Shown: one piece after another, positions 8,776-18,029 of the stretch | Layout: every line of letters begins with the position of its first letter | Position numbering within the stretch: position 1 is the stretch's first letter | NCBI GenBank assembly: GCA_001792535.1 | Contig: MGGS01000016.1 | Coordinates: forward strand, 160-64,159 | Reading direction: 5' to 3' | DNA length: 64,000 nucleotides | DNA from: Candidatus Woesebacteria bacterium RIFCSPHIGHO2_02_FULL_42_20 | GTDB lineage: Bacteria > Patescibacteriota > Microgenomatia > UBA8517 | Made by a program: the position numbers and the translations under genes | Notes under the pieces: model-generated | The model's input: only the letters and a program-made list of their open reading frames with translations | What the model was told of the DNA's origin: nothing | The model's database searches: none

Positions 8776-8940
8776 CGGAGGCACGGCGGGTGCCCGTAAA
8801 AAACTCTGAGGAGTTTTTCAGGGTAAAGGGGTTTATACTGTAACGAAGTTACATGTACGCCGCGCTCACATTGCGAGCCGAGCGGGGCGAGGCGAGCTAA
8901 TCAAATGAAGTTCGACATTTTTTGTAAACGGCCAGCCAAG
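8776..8940. repeat. Right arm of perfect 165-bp inverted repeat
   Basis: Exact reverse complement of 7388..7552; includes last 13 codons of ORF 8901..9212. Confidence 0.95.
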
Positions 8941-9212
8941 GATTCGAACGTATTTGTCGAAACCTGCTGTATACCTGAAACTTCAGAACTCGGAGTCGGA
9001 GTAGCAGAAATATCTTTTTGGTGCTCATAAACCGCCACGCCCACAGCTGTCGTCCCTGCCACAACTGTGCCGGCAAGCAAAATTTTGCCGAGTAACGTTC
9101 CGAATATAGCGGATATAAATTGGCCGACTTGTATTGTATCGGCGCTCAGGCCCAAAAACTCCCGTAGTTTAGACGTCTTTTTCTTCTCCTCCATTTCAAA
9201 GTGAGTATACAC
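8901..9212 (-). CDS. hypothetical small membrane-associated protein (103 aa)
   Basis: Hydrophobic stretch AIFGTLLGKILLAGTVVAGTTAVGVAV; C-terminus encoded inside right IR. Confidence 0.4.
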   Translation of the reverse strand: MYTHFEMEEKKKTSKLREFLGLSADTIQVGQFISAIFGTLLGKILLAGTVVAGTTAVGVAVYEHQKDISATPTPSSEVSGIQQVSTNTFESLAGRLQKMSNFI

Positions 9213-9321
9213 CTGGAGACTAAAAAATTTCTATGTTATCCTGTTGCAAACCAAATCTTTCTTTAAATTTCCGGCGCTATTTTGCACAACTTAAATATCT
9301 TGATTGTTGTAAAATTCAAGA

Positions 9322-10500
9322 ATGAAACGAAACATAAAAATTACCTACTTACTAAGCTATCTTAAACACTCATGGTTTTGGATCGGCATTTGGGTTTTTT
9401 ATTATTTGCGATTCACCGACTACGCAGGTATAGGCCTAATTGAAACCGTCATGATTGGCACAATGTCTTTATCAGAAATACCCACAGGTGCCATCGGAGA
9501 TTTATTTGGTAAAAGAGTTACCCTTTTTATAGGCTTTTTCATGGAATCCGCGGGAAATTTTATAATGGCTTTTGCGCCCAATTTTAATGTTTTGGTCCTG
9601 TCTGTTATTATAATGTCTTTTGGCGGATCAATGTACTCGGGTACGTCAGAGGCACTTGCTTACGACTCGCTAAAACAAATCGGCAAAGAACGAAATTACA
9701 ATAAAGTCACAGCAAACTCACAATCTTTTCAATGGATTGCCGTTACACTTACAGGAATAATAGGAGGGCTTTTATACAAAATTAACCCTTCGTACCCGTT
9801 TATAGCTTCGGGAATTTTCTTTTTTATTGGAGCGCTATTATGCCTTTTAATACACGAGCCCAGAATTGATACCGAAAAATTTTCTATTAGAAATTTCATA
9901 AATCAAAACAAGATCGGACTTAGAAGCTTATTTATAAATAGCGAAGTGAAACGGCTAACACTTTTTCTCGCGGCGATAGGAGCAATAATAGTTCTTTCTT
10001 GGGAAATGCTTGATGGTATATTAGGGATGGAGTTCGGCTATGATCCGCTAGGTCTTTCCGTTTTGTCGGCAGTTTTGTTTTTAGCAGCGGCTGGGGCATC
10101 ACAATTGACTGCGTTTTTACATGAAAGGTTCGGGGCATCAAAAGCAATAATATTTCTCGCAATAATAACAATTGTTACTTTTTTAGTGTCACCTATTGCC
10201 GGCCTTATTATCGGAGGACTAAGTTTAATTCTTCGGTCAGCAGTACAAACGATAATAGTGAACTTAACTTCCGTTGTGATAAATGAGAACGTAGAATCAA
10301 AATATCGAGCTACAGCGCTTTCATCTTTTAATATGTTTAAAAACCTGCCTTACGTTCTGTCGGCCTATCTTCTTGGCAGCTTGATGGATACAATAACTGC
10401 CAGAAATTTTGCCTTTGTTTTAGGGGTATTGCTCGGAACACTACTTCTAATTAATAGTATTAGAACTAAAAATACCAGTAAACGTTATGCTAAAATGTAG
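9322..10500 (+). CDS. MFS transporter
   Basis: ~12 predicted TM segments; MFS-like G-x-x-x-D-x-x-G-K-R motif (GAIGDLFGKR). Confidence 0.75.
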   Translation: MKRNIKITYLLSYLKHSWFWIGIWVFYYLRFTDYAGIGLIETVMIGTMSLSEIPTGAIGDLFGKRVTLFIGFFMESAGNFIMAFAPNFNVLVLSVIIMSFGGSMYSGTSEALAYDSLKQIGKERNYNKVTANSQSFQWIAVTLTGIIGGLLYKINPSYPFIASGIFFFIGALLCLLIHEPRIDTEKFSIRNFINQNKIGLRSLFINSEVKRLTLFLAAIGAIIVLSWEMLDGILGMEFGYDPLGLSVLSAVLFLAAAGASQLTAFLHERFGASKAIIFLAIITIVTFLVSPIAGLIIGGLSLILRSAVQTIIVNLTSVVINENVESKYRATALSSFNMFKNLPYVLSAYLLGSLMDTITARNFAFVLGVLLGTLLLINSIRTKNTSKRYAKM

Positions 10501-10502
10501 AC

Positions 10503-10883
10503 ATGAAAATTATTAAAAAAGTCTACAAAATAAAATCTTCGGTCGAAAAAGTATGGGATGCGCTAACTAATCCAGTGACTATGGACAAATGGGGCGCAAA
10601 CTCCGCCAAAATGAGCGACAAGCAAGACTTTGAGTTTTCGCTTTGGAATGGAGATATCTGGGGAAAAAACACAGAGGTTGTCTCCGGCAAAAAACTGGTG
10701 CAGGAGTGGTTTGCAGGAAAATGGTCCAAGCCTTCCATTGTTACTTTTACTTTGTCCGAAAAAGACGGAGTCACTACTCTGGCTTTGGTACATACCGGTG
10801 TCCCGGAAAAAGAGTTTGATTCGATAAATACTGGCTGGGACAGTTTTTACCTGGGAGAAATCAAAAAACTTCTTGAGCCTTAG
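10503..10883 (+). CDS. SRPBCC (AHSA1/START-like) domain protein
   Basis: 126 aa with N-terminal VEKVWDALTNPVTMDKW and TGW/WD patterns typical of the Aha1-like family. Confidence 0.6.
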   Translation: MKIIKKVYKIKSSVEKVWDALTNPVTMDKWGANSAKMSDKQDFEFSLWNGDIWGKNTEVVSGKKLVQEWFAGKWSKPSIVTFTLSEKDGVTTLALVHTGVPEKEFDSINTGWDSFYLGEIKKLLEP

Positions 10884-11233
10884 TTAAATAATTCTCGTTT
10901 TAATAAATTAAGTGCCTCTACTAATAGTTTTCTGTTTTTTTCATTGTGTTTCCAGATGCTTGCTCCCGATGGGTGTGGTAGTGGAATTATCGACAGCTCT
11001 TTTTCCAATAAATTATACGGATCCAACTTGTACATATTCCCAATTACACTGTTTAATTGGCTAAACTGCATATCCAGACAATAACAAATAGATAATTTTC
11101 CAACAGGAACAACTAACTGCGGATTAAAATCTGAGATTCCAATTGAATAAAGCCAGTTGTTTAGCGTCGGCCAGTCATGCAAATCGCTCTTGTTTCTGGG
11201 CATCGCCTGGCCAATAAAAATTGCCCGCTTCAT
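10880..11233 (-). CDS. short uracil-DNA glycosylase-like protein (tentative)
   Basis: IPLPHPSGAS resembles UDG motif B (HPSP); N-terminal GQAMP resembles motif A, but at 117 aa it is much shorter than canonical UDGs. Confidence 0.3.
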   Translation of the reverse strand: MKRAIFIGQAMPRNKSDLHDWPTLNNWLYSIGISDFNPQLVVPVGKLSICYCLDMQFSQLNSVIGNMYKLDPYNLLEKELSIIPLPHPSGASIWKHNEKNRKLLVEALNLLKRELFN

Positions 11234-12261
11234 TACAGGTTTTCTTTGAAAAACTCCACTGTCCGTTGCATAGCGGTCGTAAAACTTAATCCCGTAAGAT
11301 TGTGGCCACCTGAGGGATATTCAAATAGCTCGTGGCTTATCTTTGTGTCGTCTAATATCTCCATTAAATCACGACTGTAGCCGATGTTCACCACCCCATC
11401 GTCTACGGCGTGATGTATTTGAACAGCGCCACCTACACCAGCCAAATAATTCGTGGGGACAACTTGGTACCAAAAGTCGCTCGTGGGGTTGAAATCGCCA
11501 TGAGTATTTCTAAGCTCCTCGCGCTTTTTTCTCCTTTCGGATTCTTGAGGCGGAGGCTGATAACTGTTATCGCTAATTCTATACTTTTGCATGTCTTCAT
11601 AACTGTAAACTGCACCCGCCCAAATGACCACAGCCCGAATATCCTGCAACGCTACAAGGCTTCTAAAGACAATGTTGCCAGCCATCGAGTGACCCCAAAG
11701 GCCAATTTTGGCCTGATCAACAAAGTCCGCACCAAAAAGAGCGGCACGCGCATTCAGAGTATCAATAATATAATCTCCCGAATAATAAGCTCCACTGGCA
11801 ACGCCCTCTGATTTAGCATGCCCCCGCAGGTCAATTTTGAAAACCACAAAACCATTTTTTGCCAAATAATCAACGTAAGAATTATAGTTAGCTGTCGTCT
11901 TGTAACTTGCCGGAGGGATGTAGCCGTGGATAAAAATAATCGCCGGCCAGGGGGGTGAACCCGTCGAAGGCACAGTTATAAGTCCGTTTATCTTTAGACC
12001 ATCCGAGTTATAGCTTGTCAAATAAGAAGTGTATTGAGTGTTTTCGGAATATTTTTCAAGATTACCTAACTTACTCTCGTAAGTTCTTTCCCGTAAATAC
12101 GGAAGTGTAATTTTCCTAAACTCAAGTGATATAGAATTAACCGGTTCGGAAGTTTTCTGAGGAGCCGAAACCCCTCCGGTTGACACAGAAATTTGCATTC
12201 TCGATAGCACATAGAAAATCACTGCCGTAGCTGTCACAAACCCCAACAATTTTTTTGACAT
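11233..12261 (-). CDS. secreted alpha/beta hydrolase (dienelactone hydrolase/S9-like)
   Basis: N-terminal signal-like hydrophobic segment; nucleophile elbow GHSMAG; later H in VQIHHAVDD. Confidence 0.65.
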   Translation of the reverse strand: MSKKLLGFVTATAVIFYVLSRMQISVSTGGVSAPQKTSEPVNSISLEFRKITLPYLRERTYESKLGNLEKYSENTQYTSYLTSYNSDGLKINGLITVPSTGSPPWPAIIFIHGYIPPASYKTTANYNSYVDYLAKNGFVVFKIDLRGHAKSEGVASGAYYSGDYIIDTLNARAALFGADFVDQAKIGLWGHSMAGNIVFRSLVALQDIRAVVIWAGAVYSYEDMQKYRISDNSYQPPPQESERRKKREELRNTHGDFNPTSDFWYQVVPTNYLAGVGGAVQIHHAVDDGVVNIGYSRDLMEILDDTKISHELFEYPSGGHNLTGLSFTTAMQRTVEFFKENL

Positions 12262-12310
12262 CCGTATAGTTTACAATAAATGTACAATACTGTCCGAAGA
12301 GCTCTTTTAG

Positions 12311-13111
12311 TCAATTTTTAAACAAAAGGCTTAACAAAAAGGCAGAGATTGATATTAAAACAACAATTGGTCCCGGCGCCACCCCTAAAGATTGTGCAAC
12401 CAGTATTCCGCAAGCGGCCGAAGCCACACCAATAACCGAAGACATTATCTGAAAACTTCTAACACTTTTTGTCATGTTTTTCGCAGCTACGGCGGGAACG
12501 ATTACTAATGCACCCGTCAAAAGCGTTCCTACAAACTTCACGCCGAGTGCAACAACCAGGCCAACCAAAAGAAGATATGCAAGGTTTACTTTGTGCATTT
12601 TGACGCCCATCGACCGGGCCAGATCTTCCGAAACTACCCCAAGGAGCAGCCTGTCAGACAACTTCATTGCACCAAAGAAAATCAAAATCGATCCGCAAAT
12701 CGTTACTAATCCGTCAAACAAATTTATATTTTCAATATTGCCAAAAAGAGCTTCGAGCAATTCCGGCTCCGGTGTTATTAAAATTCCCATTGCCAAACTT
12801 GCAGTAAAGAAAACCCCGACCAAGGCTTCAGAGTAAACTTCCGTCTTTTCCCCTAAATACCAAATTCCGAAAACCGCAAAAGTCAAAGCCATTATCGCCC
12901 CGACAATGGGGTTTAGGGAAAACGTGAGTGCAATCGCCATTCCGGGAAGAGCCACATGGCTTAAAGCATCACCAACCAAAGACATTCTCTTTAAAACCAT
13001 AAAAGACCCCAGTAATCCCGAAGATGCTCCCACTAAAGATCCCACCAATATAAGGAAAATTGTATTAGCCATTGTGCTGATGTTCGTGATGTTTAAAAAA
13101 GTTAACCTCAT
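12311..13111 (-). CDS. metal (Zn/Mn) ABC transporter permease, ABC-3 family
   Basis: Multi-TM; conserved LVGDALSHVALPG motif of ZnuB/MntB-type permeases. Confidence 0.8.
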   Translation of the reverse strand: MRLTFLNITNISTMANTIFLILVGSLVGASSGLLGSFMVLKRMSLVGDALSHVALPGMAIALTFSLNPIVGAIMALTFAVFGIWYLGEKTEVYSEALVGVFFTASLAMGILITPEPELLEALFGNIENINLFDGLVTICGSILIFFGAMKLSDRLLLGVVSEDLARSMGVKMHKVNLAYLLLVGLVVALGVKFVGTLLTGALVIVPAVAAKNMTKSVRSFQIMSSVIGVASAACGILVAQSLGVAPGPIVVLISISAFLLSLLFKN

Positions 13112-13799
13112 CCCCGTAAAGCCGATTTAAGCTTGTTTTATCTATGGCGCTTCGGGGTGGACCAAAACACACCTTCTCTTTATTTAAACAAAGTACGTTC
13201 GCAGCATACTTATAAACAACCTCCAACTCGTGAGATATAAAAATAATAGTCAAATCTTCTTCTTCTTTTAATTTACTTATCAAGCTGTAGACCGTTTCTT
13301 CCGCAGATATATCCACACCGCTAGTAGGCTCGTCGAAAAGCAAAACATTAGGTCTACCAAGTATCGCAAAAGCAATTAGCACCCTCTGGAGCTCTCCACC
13401 GGACAATACTCCCAATTTTGTTCCTAAAAGCCGGCTTCCTCTGTGAATGGAGTGCAAATTATCACTTCCAAATCCCACTTTAATTAACGCCTCCTCAACT
13501 TTTAAGTGATCCTTCTCCTTAAACGACAAAAATTCATCCACGGTAAGCGGAACGTCTTTATCTACATACAACTTTTGAGGAACATAGCCAATAGTAGCAC
13601 CGCTCGCCCAAATCACTTTTCCCTTGTACGGTAATAAACCCAAAATGCATTTAAACAATACAGTTTTACCTGCGCCATTCGGGCCGATAATTGCCAGCGT
13701 GTCGTCCTTTTTAACATCAAAGGAAATATCTTCAAGAATTTTGTGGCCGTCAAATACTACATTTAAACCGGTTACTTTGAGTAATAAATCGTCTGTCAT
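13065..13799 (-). CDS. metal ABC transporter ATP-binding protein
   Basis: Walker A GPNGAGKT, ABC signature LSGGELQR, Walker B LLLFDEP. Confidence 0.85.
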   Translation of the reverse strand: MTDDLLLKVTGLNVVFDGHKILEDISFDVKKDDTLAIIGPNGAGKTVLFKCILGLLPYKGKVIWASGATIGYVPQKLYVDKDVPLTVDEFLSFKEKDHLKVEEALIKVGFGSDNLHSIHRGSRLLGTKLGVLSGGELQRVLIAFAILGRPNVLLFDEPTSGVDISAEETVYSLISKLKEEEDLTIIFISHELEVVYKYAANVLCLNKEKVCFGPPRSAIDKTSLNRLYGDEVNFFKHHEHQHNG

Positions 13800-13863
13800 T
13801 CCAAACCATTAAACAAATAAATGGCAAATCCCGTAAAATTCCAGTTTGTATTTTTTGCAATTT

Positions 13864-14217
13864 TCATTGACTAGATGGCTGTTGGAAGGCTTGTTGTGGC
13901 TTAGAGTCTGCTTCCATCAGCGAGTATACTTCGGTATAGCCACCGTTATGTTGGTGTGGTGCACTTCTAGCAATGTCCAGCGCTTCATTAAACGAGTCAA
14001 GGTTTACTACCATATAGCCGCCCGCCCCGTCTATAATGCTAGAAACGTGGTTTTCGGGCCCCTGGACTTTTTTTTGTTCTTCGGCAAAGGGCATGCCCGA
14101 CTCATATTTACCCTCGTTTGTTAACCCCTGGATCCAGGTTTTCCATTCTTCCATGTGGGTGACCTTTGTTTCGGGCGTCGGGTCCCCGCCTTTAAATACT
14201 AACAAAAACTTCGCCAT
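13864..14217 (-). CDS. YciI-like (YCII-related) domain protein
   Basis: 117 aa; GGYMVVNLDSFNEALDIARSAP resembles YciI family core. Confidence 0.55.
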   Translation of the reverse strand: MAKFLLVFKGGDPTPETKVTHMEEWKTWIQGLTNEGKYESGMPFAEEQKKVQGPENHVSSIIDGAGGYMVVNLDSFNEALDIARSAPHQHNGGYTEVYSLMEADSKPQQAFQQPSSQ

Positions 14218-14245
14218 ATATATCTCAAAATTAGTTTAACCAAAG

Positions 14246-14764
14246 TTATCCTGGATAGCAATTGGGCCAGAGATAACTTTTACCTACTGAAATTGCATAC
14301 GCTGCCGTTTGAGTCGCTTCTTCGGCGTTATAACGAAGGCCTAAGTTTGCATCTTCACCCATCGCAGACCTACTAGTTTTCCACGCACCCGGGCCGAACT
14401 GAAAAAGACCAACATAAACCCCATTAGTCGAATTTGCAATCAGTCCAGACTCGCAAATAGCCAAGTGTCGCAAGACATTCACGTCCACGCCGTACTGGAG
14501 CGCAAAGCGTACCAAAAATTCTTGTATTTGCTCTTGGTTAAATTGAGGTGGAGGAATTACGGTAGGGACCGGTGATTGAGTAGGCGTGGAAACCGGCGAA
14601 GGAGTTTTGGCCAAAAGCCGATCAGTCTCTGGCTGAGAACTCGGTACAGCGCCTGGAGTAAGGCTCGGTTCGGTAGGTTCCCTCTTATACCATCTGGTAA
14701 ACCAAGCAGCAAACATCACCGCTAAAAGGCATTCCAGTAAAAAAAACTTCTGCCAAGGTTTCAT
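14246..14764 (-). CDS. Rpf-like transglycosylase domain protein, membrane-anchored
   Basis: N-terminal TM, Pro/Thr-rich linker, C-terminal ICESG...YVGLFQF...AW (transglycosylase-like/Rpf signature). Confidence 0.6.
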   Translation of the reverse strand: MKPWQKFFLLECLLAVMFAAWFTRWYKREPTEPSLTPGAVPSSQPETDRLLAKTPSPVSTPTQSPVPTVIPPPQFNQEQIQEFLVRFALQYGVDVNVLRHLAICESGLIANSTNGVYVGLFQFGPGAWKTSRSAMGEDANLGLRYNAEEATQTAAYAISVGKSYLWPNCYPG

Positions 14765-14770
14765 AATTTA

Positions 14771-15088
14771 CTACTTTTGAAGGGCAGCGGCAGTTACCAA
14801 CAAGACAAGAAAAAACAAGCAAAGCCAAGCCGTCGTGTAAACGACCAAATTAATCGCCTCACGTTTTTTGTCATTGAAAAATAGTTTATAAGGCCTGTAA
14901 AATACAATCAGCCCGCAAACCAGACCTGAAACTATAAAAAGCACCAAAAAAGCTACTGGACCTAAGTAACTAGGAACTTTGCCAAAAATTTCATTCCCCC
15001 TCCAAAAAAGCAATCCCACCAAGCCACAATAAAATGTAATTCCAAGTGACTGAAGAAGAGCCATCAATTTCAGAGAGCTTTTACCCAC
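14771..15088 (-). CDS. hypothetical membrane protein (105 aa)
   Basis: Three hydrophobic segments. Confidence 0.4.
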   Translation of the reverse strand: MGKSSLKLMALLQSLGITFYCGLVGLLFWRGNEIFGKVPSYLGPVAFLVLFIVSGLVCGLIVFYRPYKLFFNDKKREAINLVVYTTAWLCLFFLVLLVTAAALQK

Positions 15089-15132
15089 AAATCAATTATA
15101 CTACCCGGGGCAAGCTGTGCTAAACTGACAGC

Positions 15133-15399
15133 ATGAACAAAGTAATTAAAAGAGACGGTAACGTGGAAGATTTTGACACCGGGAAAATTGAGCGGATTGC
15201 CAAAGCAGCCGGACTCAATGACGTTGACTCCCAAAAGGTTGCTAAAAATGTGGCTGAATGGGTGCTTGCTCAGGGCAAACCGGTACAGACCGTAGATATC
15301 CGAAATGAGGTCGTCAACGAATTACAAAAAGTAAATTCTTATGCGGCAAATCTTTATCTGTGGTATGAAACCACTAAATACAAGCAGGATAAAGTCTAG
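15133..15399 (+). CDS. ATP-cone domain protein
   Basis: VIKRDGNVEDFDTGKIERI matches ATP-cone N-terminal consensus (V.KRdG..e.Fd..KI). Confidence 0.55.
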   Translation: MNKVIKRDGNVEDFDTGKIERIAKAAGLNDVDSQKVAKNVAEWVLAQGKPVQTVDIRNEVVNELQKVNSYAANLYLWYETTKYKQDKV

Positions 15400-15412
15400 T
15401 CTGCAACTATTC

Positions 15413-17179
15413 TCAACCTTCTTCACAATCTTCACACTCGCATTTTAGAGTCTTAAACCCTTCGTCGTTTAATAAGCTTTTTATCAAAGTGACCCTTCCA
15501 CCTTTTTTATCTGGTTCTCTCGCCAACTCCCAAACTAACATGTGAATCAGGTGTCTTGCAGTCTCAGTCAGGGCTCTGTTGCCAAATATTGCCTTTGCCT
15601 TAGGAACCACGTTTCGATTTAAATAGACTGCGGACAACAAAGCTCCACCTGGTGTTATTTCGGGATGCCCGTCTTTTCCTTGCCTCCTGGCTAGTCCCAT
15701 TAGCACTAAGTCATCCCAGGGAATTTTAGAAGCTCTGAAACTTAGCGACCTGTGTCTATAATACGCACCCAATGGCACCATAAAACCTGTCTTGGGAACT
15801 TTTTTATCAGATGCTGCGGCGTTAGCGACCTCTTTGTTGGTAGCCGGTTTAAGTACCTGCAAAAACCTTTCATCCGGCTCGGGAGTTTCTAAAACGGTTT
15901 TTACTAAGTCGGCTTTAACCTCTCCTACCTCAGACGATTTAACTCCCGCAACAGTGATTGGAATGGGCAACTCCGCAGGTTTTTGGTCTTCAAGTTCGCG
16001 CAAAACCTCAGCAAGAGTAAAAGCTTCTGCCTCTCTGATAAGTATTGCGGTTTTATACGTTGCAGTCAAGATTCTCGCCTTGACTTCCGCCAAAAGTAAC
16101 TGGTCGATTCTTCTTTGAGGACCAGTCTCAATGCTACTCATTGCCTCGGCAATTGTCTTTCCACTATACAAAGTTATTATTCTCTCAATCTCTTTCGGTC
16201 CTATCCCAAGAAACTCACAGACCCCCAATACTTTCTCAACTTTATTTTCTGACATCGGCAGCTTGCCCGAATACGCTAGTGAAACGTCGTCGCCCATTAC
16301 AAACCGCTGATCAAAATCGGCAAACATTACCTGTCCGATTTCTTCTTTACCCGGTATGTCATCACCATTAACCCTTGCTCCCAACTCCTCCCAAGCAACT
16401 TCGGGAAATTCCGGGTCCAATTGATCGGCAATTCTAAGCCTATCTGAGCCACCACCGGCAAATCCCCTAACGTGAACTACAAGAGGTATTTGTCTAGATA
16501 GAAAATCTCTAATTCTAGTCCTATTCAAATGACCAACTTTATAAACGTTGTGCTCTCCACGATTTACATAACCCACCTCTTCCAAAGCTTTCATATTTCT
16601 ATATGCCGATGTCCTCTCCAAACCAGATAGTTCAACTATCGCTTTTCCAATAACTTTTCCGTCGTCTAATCCAACTAGGCCAGAAATTCTAGAAAGGAAA
16701 TCCGCCAAGTGCGGTTCGAGTAGTCTTTCATCCGTCTCGTCAGCAACCCAATTGTTAAAATTTCTTTGATTTAGTATATGTGGCGGCTCGGGTCTGGAGA
16801 GCGCTTCGAGAAAATTATTTGGTCTTGTCAAAAGTCTGTAGCCAAGCCTTTTCGACACTTCTAGTAGTCCTACCTCCGAAAGTGGTCCTAGCATATGTTC
16901 ATATAACTGCTCTAGAGTAAAATGACCCTCTGCCACTGCCGCTACCTCCTGGCGAGTTATCCATGGAACAAGAGATTGATTTACTTTTAGCCTCGTCAGC
17001 TCACCAAAGTAAGCTGCCATTGCTTTAGTTTCTTCAACCATTCTGACAGAAGCCACACTTCCGCCCTGGCGCAAAACCTGCAGGTCTATCAAAGAGTGAT
17101 CAACTTCCACAATCACCCTACCTGTAAACGGTTCGGAAATTTCTGCCGGCTGGCGACGTCTAATTTCAAGCATTAACAA
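15413..17179 (-). CDS. large conserved hypothetical protein (588 aa), possible nucleic-acid-binding
   Basis: Helix-hairpin-helix-like GIGPKEIERI, C-terminal CECEDCEEG; no family assignable by eye. Confidence 0.45.
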   Translation of the reverse strand: MLMLEIRRRQPAEISEPFTGRVIVEVDHSLIDLQVLRQGGSVASVRMVEETKAMAAYFGELTRLKVNQSLVPWITRQEVAAVAEGHFTLEQLYEHMLGPLSEVGLLEVSKRLGYRLLTRPNNFLEALSRPEPPHILNQRNFNNWVADETDERLLEPHLADFLSRISGLVGLDDGKVIGKAIVELSGLERTSAYRNMKALEEVGYVNRGEHNVYKVGHLNRTRIRDFLSRQIPLVVHVRGFAGGGSDRLRIADQLDPEFPEVAWEELGARVNGDDIPGKEEIGQVMFADFDQRFVMGDDVSLAYSGKLPMSENKVEKVLGVCEFLGIGPKEIERIITLYSGKTIAEAMSSIETGPQRRIDQLLLAEVKARILTATYKTAILIREAEAFTLAEVLRELEDQKPAELPIPITVAGVKSSEVGEVKADLVKTVLETPEPDERFLQVLKPATNKEVANAAASDKKVPKTGFMVPLGAYYRHRSLSFRASKIPWDDLVLMGLARRQGKDGHPEITPGGALLSAVYLNRNVVPKAKAIFGNRALTETARHLIHMLVWELAREPDKKGGRVTLIKSLLNDEGFKTLKCECEDCEEG

Positions 17180-17244
17180 ATTATACTATATCTTATAGTT
17201 TGGTTCTAGCGCACAACTTGAAATGTTTGTTATATAATTGCGCA

Positions 17245-17574
17245 ATGACAAAGTATCAAGAATATTTCGAGCGAATGCTAAGCCAAAACAAGAAATTTTT
17301 CGATGAATTCAAGCTCATCCATGACAAATTTGCTTTAGACCAAGACCGTTGCCAGAATGAATACAACGAAATAGGAAGTAAGGCACTTTTAATAATTAAA
17401 GACTGGGAAGACAGGCTTTGCAAACAGTCGGAAAAGGCAGGCTACTCAACATTCACCGGTGGATTAGCCGAAAAATTTCAAGCCGAGATAAGAAGAAATT
17501 TTGCCATGATAGACTGGATCGGCGTATTAAATAAATCGTCAGAAAAAGACTTCGTTCTAAAAAAGCTACTTTGA
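17245..17574 (+). CDS. hypothetical protein
   Basis: ORF 17200..17574; start placed at second Met (MTKYQEY...). Confidence 0.35.
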   Translation: MTKYQEYFERMLSQNKKFFDEFKLIHDKFALDQDRCQNEYNEIGSKALLIIKDWEDRLCKQSEKAGYSTFTGGLAEKFQAEIRRNFAMIDWIGVLNKSSEKDFVLKKLL

Positions 17575-18021
17575 ACCCAAACTTTCCTTGTCAAAAGAAA
17601 AAACCAAATTCCTTTTCGCGGGTCCATTAAATTCGATCAAAACCACCCTCTGCCATTTTCCGAGCTTGAGTTTACTTCCCTTAAAGGGTATACAAACAGA
17701 AGGACCAATGAGCGTTGCCAATATGTGATCCTGCACATGCGTCGGGTCGTGAGGGTGGATGTAATCGAGTTTCGGAATAAGCTGACCGAACGCTTTTATC
17801 ATGTCTTTATCTGTCCCCGGATCAAGGTCAGCTGTCGTAACTGCACAAGTTGTGTGCTTGACAAAGATGGTACACATTCCCTCGCCCTCACCGACACTTT
17901 TGAGTTCCTGCTCAATTTGCGGGGTAATGTCAACCACTTCACGCAGCTTTTTTGTCTCAACGACTAAATCAATCATACAATTTATAATACCACAAACGCC
18001 AATCCTGGATTTAGAGGTCAA
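17566..18021 (-). CDS. YjbQ/UPF0047 family protein (secondary thiamine-phosphate synthase-like)
   Basis: CTIFVKHTTCAVTTADLDPGTD ... IHPHDPTHVQDH ... GKWQRVVLIEFNGP are family hallmarks. Confidence 0.75.
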   Translation of the reverse strand: MTSKSRIGVCGIINCMIDLVVETKKLREVVDITPQIEQELKSVGEGEGMCTIFVKHTTCAVTTADLDPGTDKDMIKAFGQLIPKLDYIHPHDPTHVQDHILATLIGPSVCIPFKGSKLKLGKWQRVVLIEFNGPAKRNLVFSFDKESLGSK

Positions 18022-18029
18022 GAAATTGG

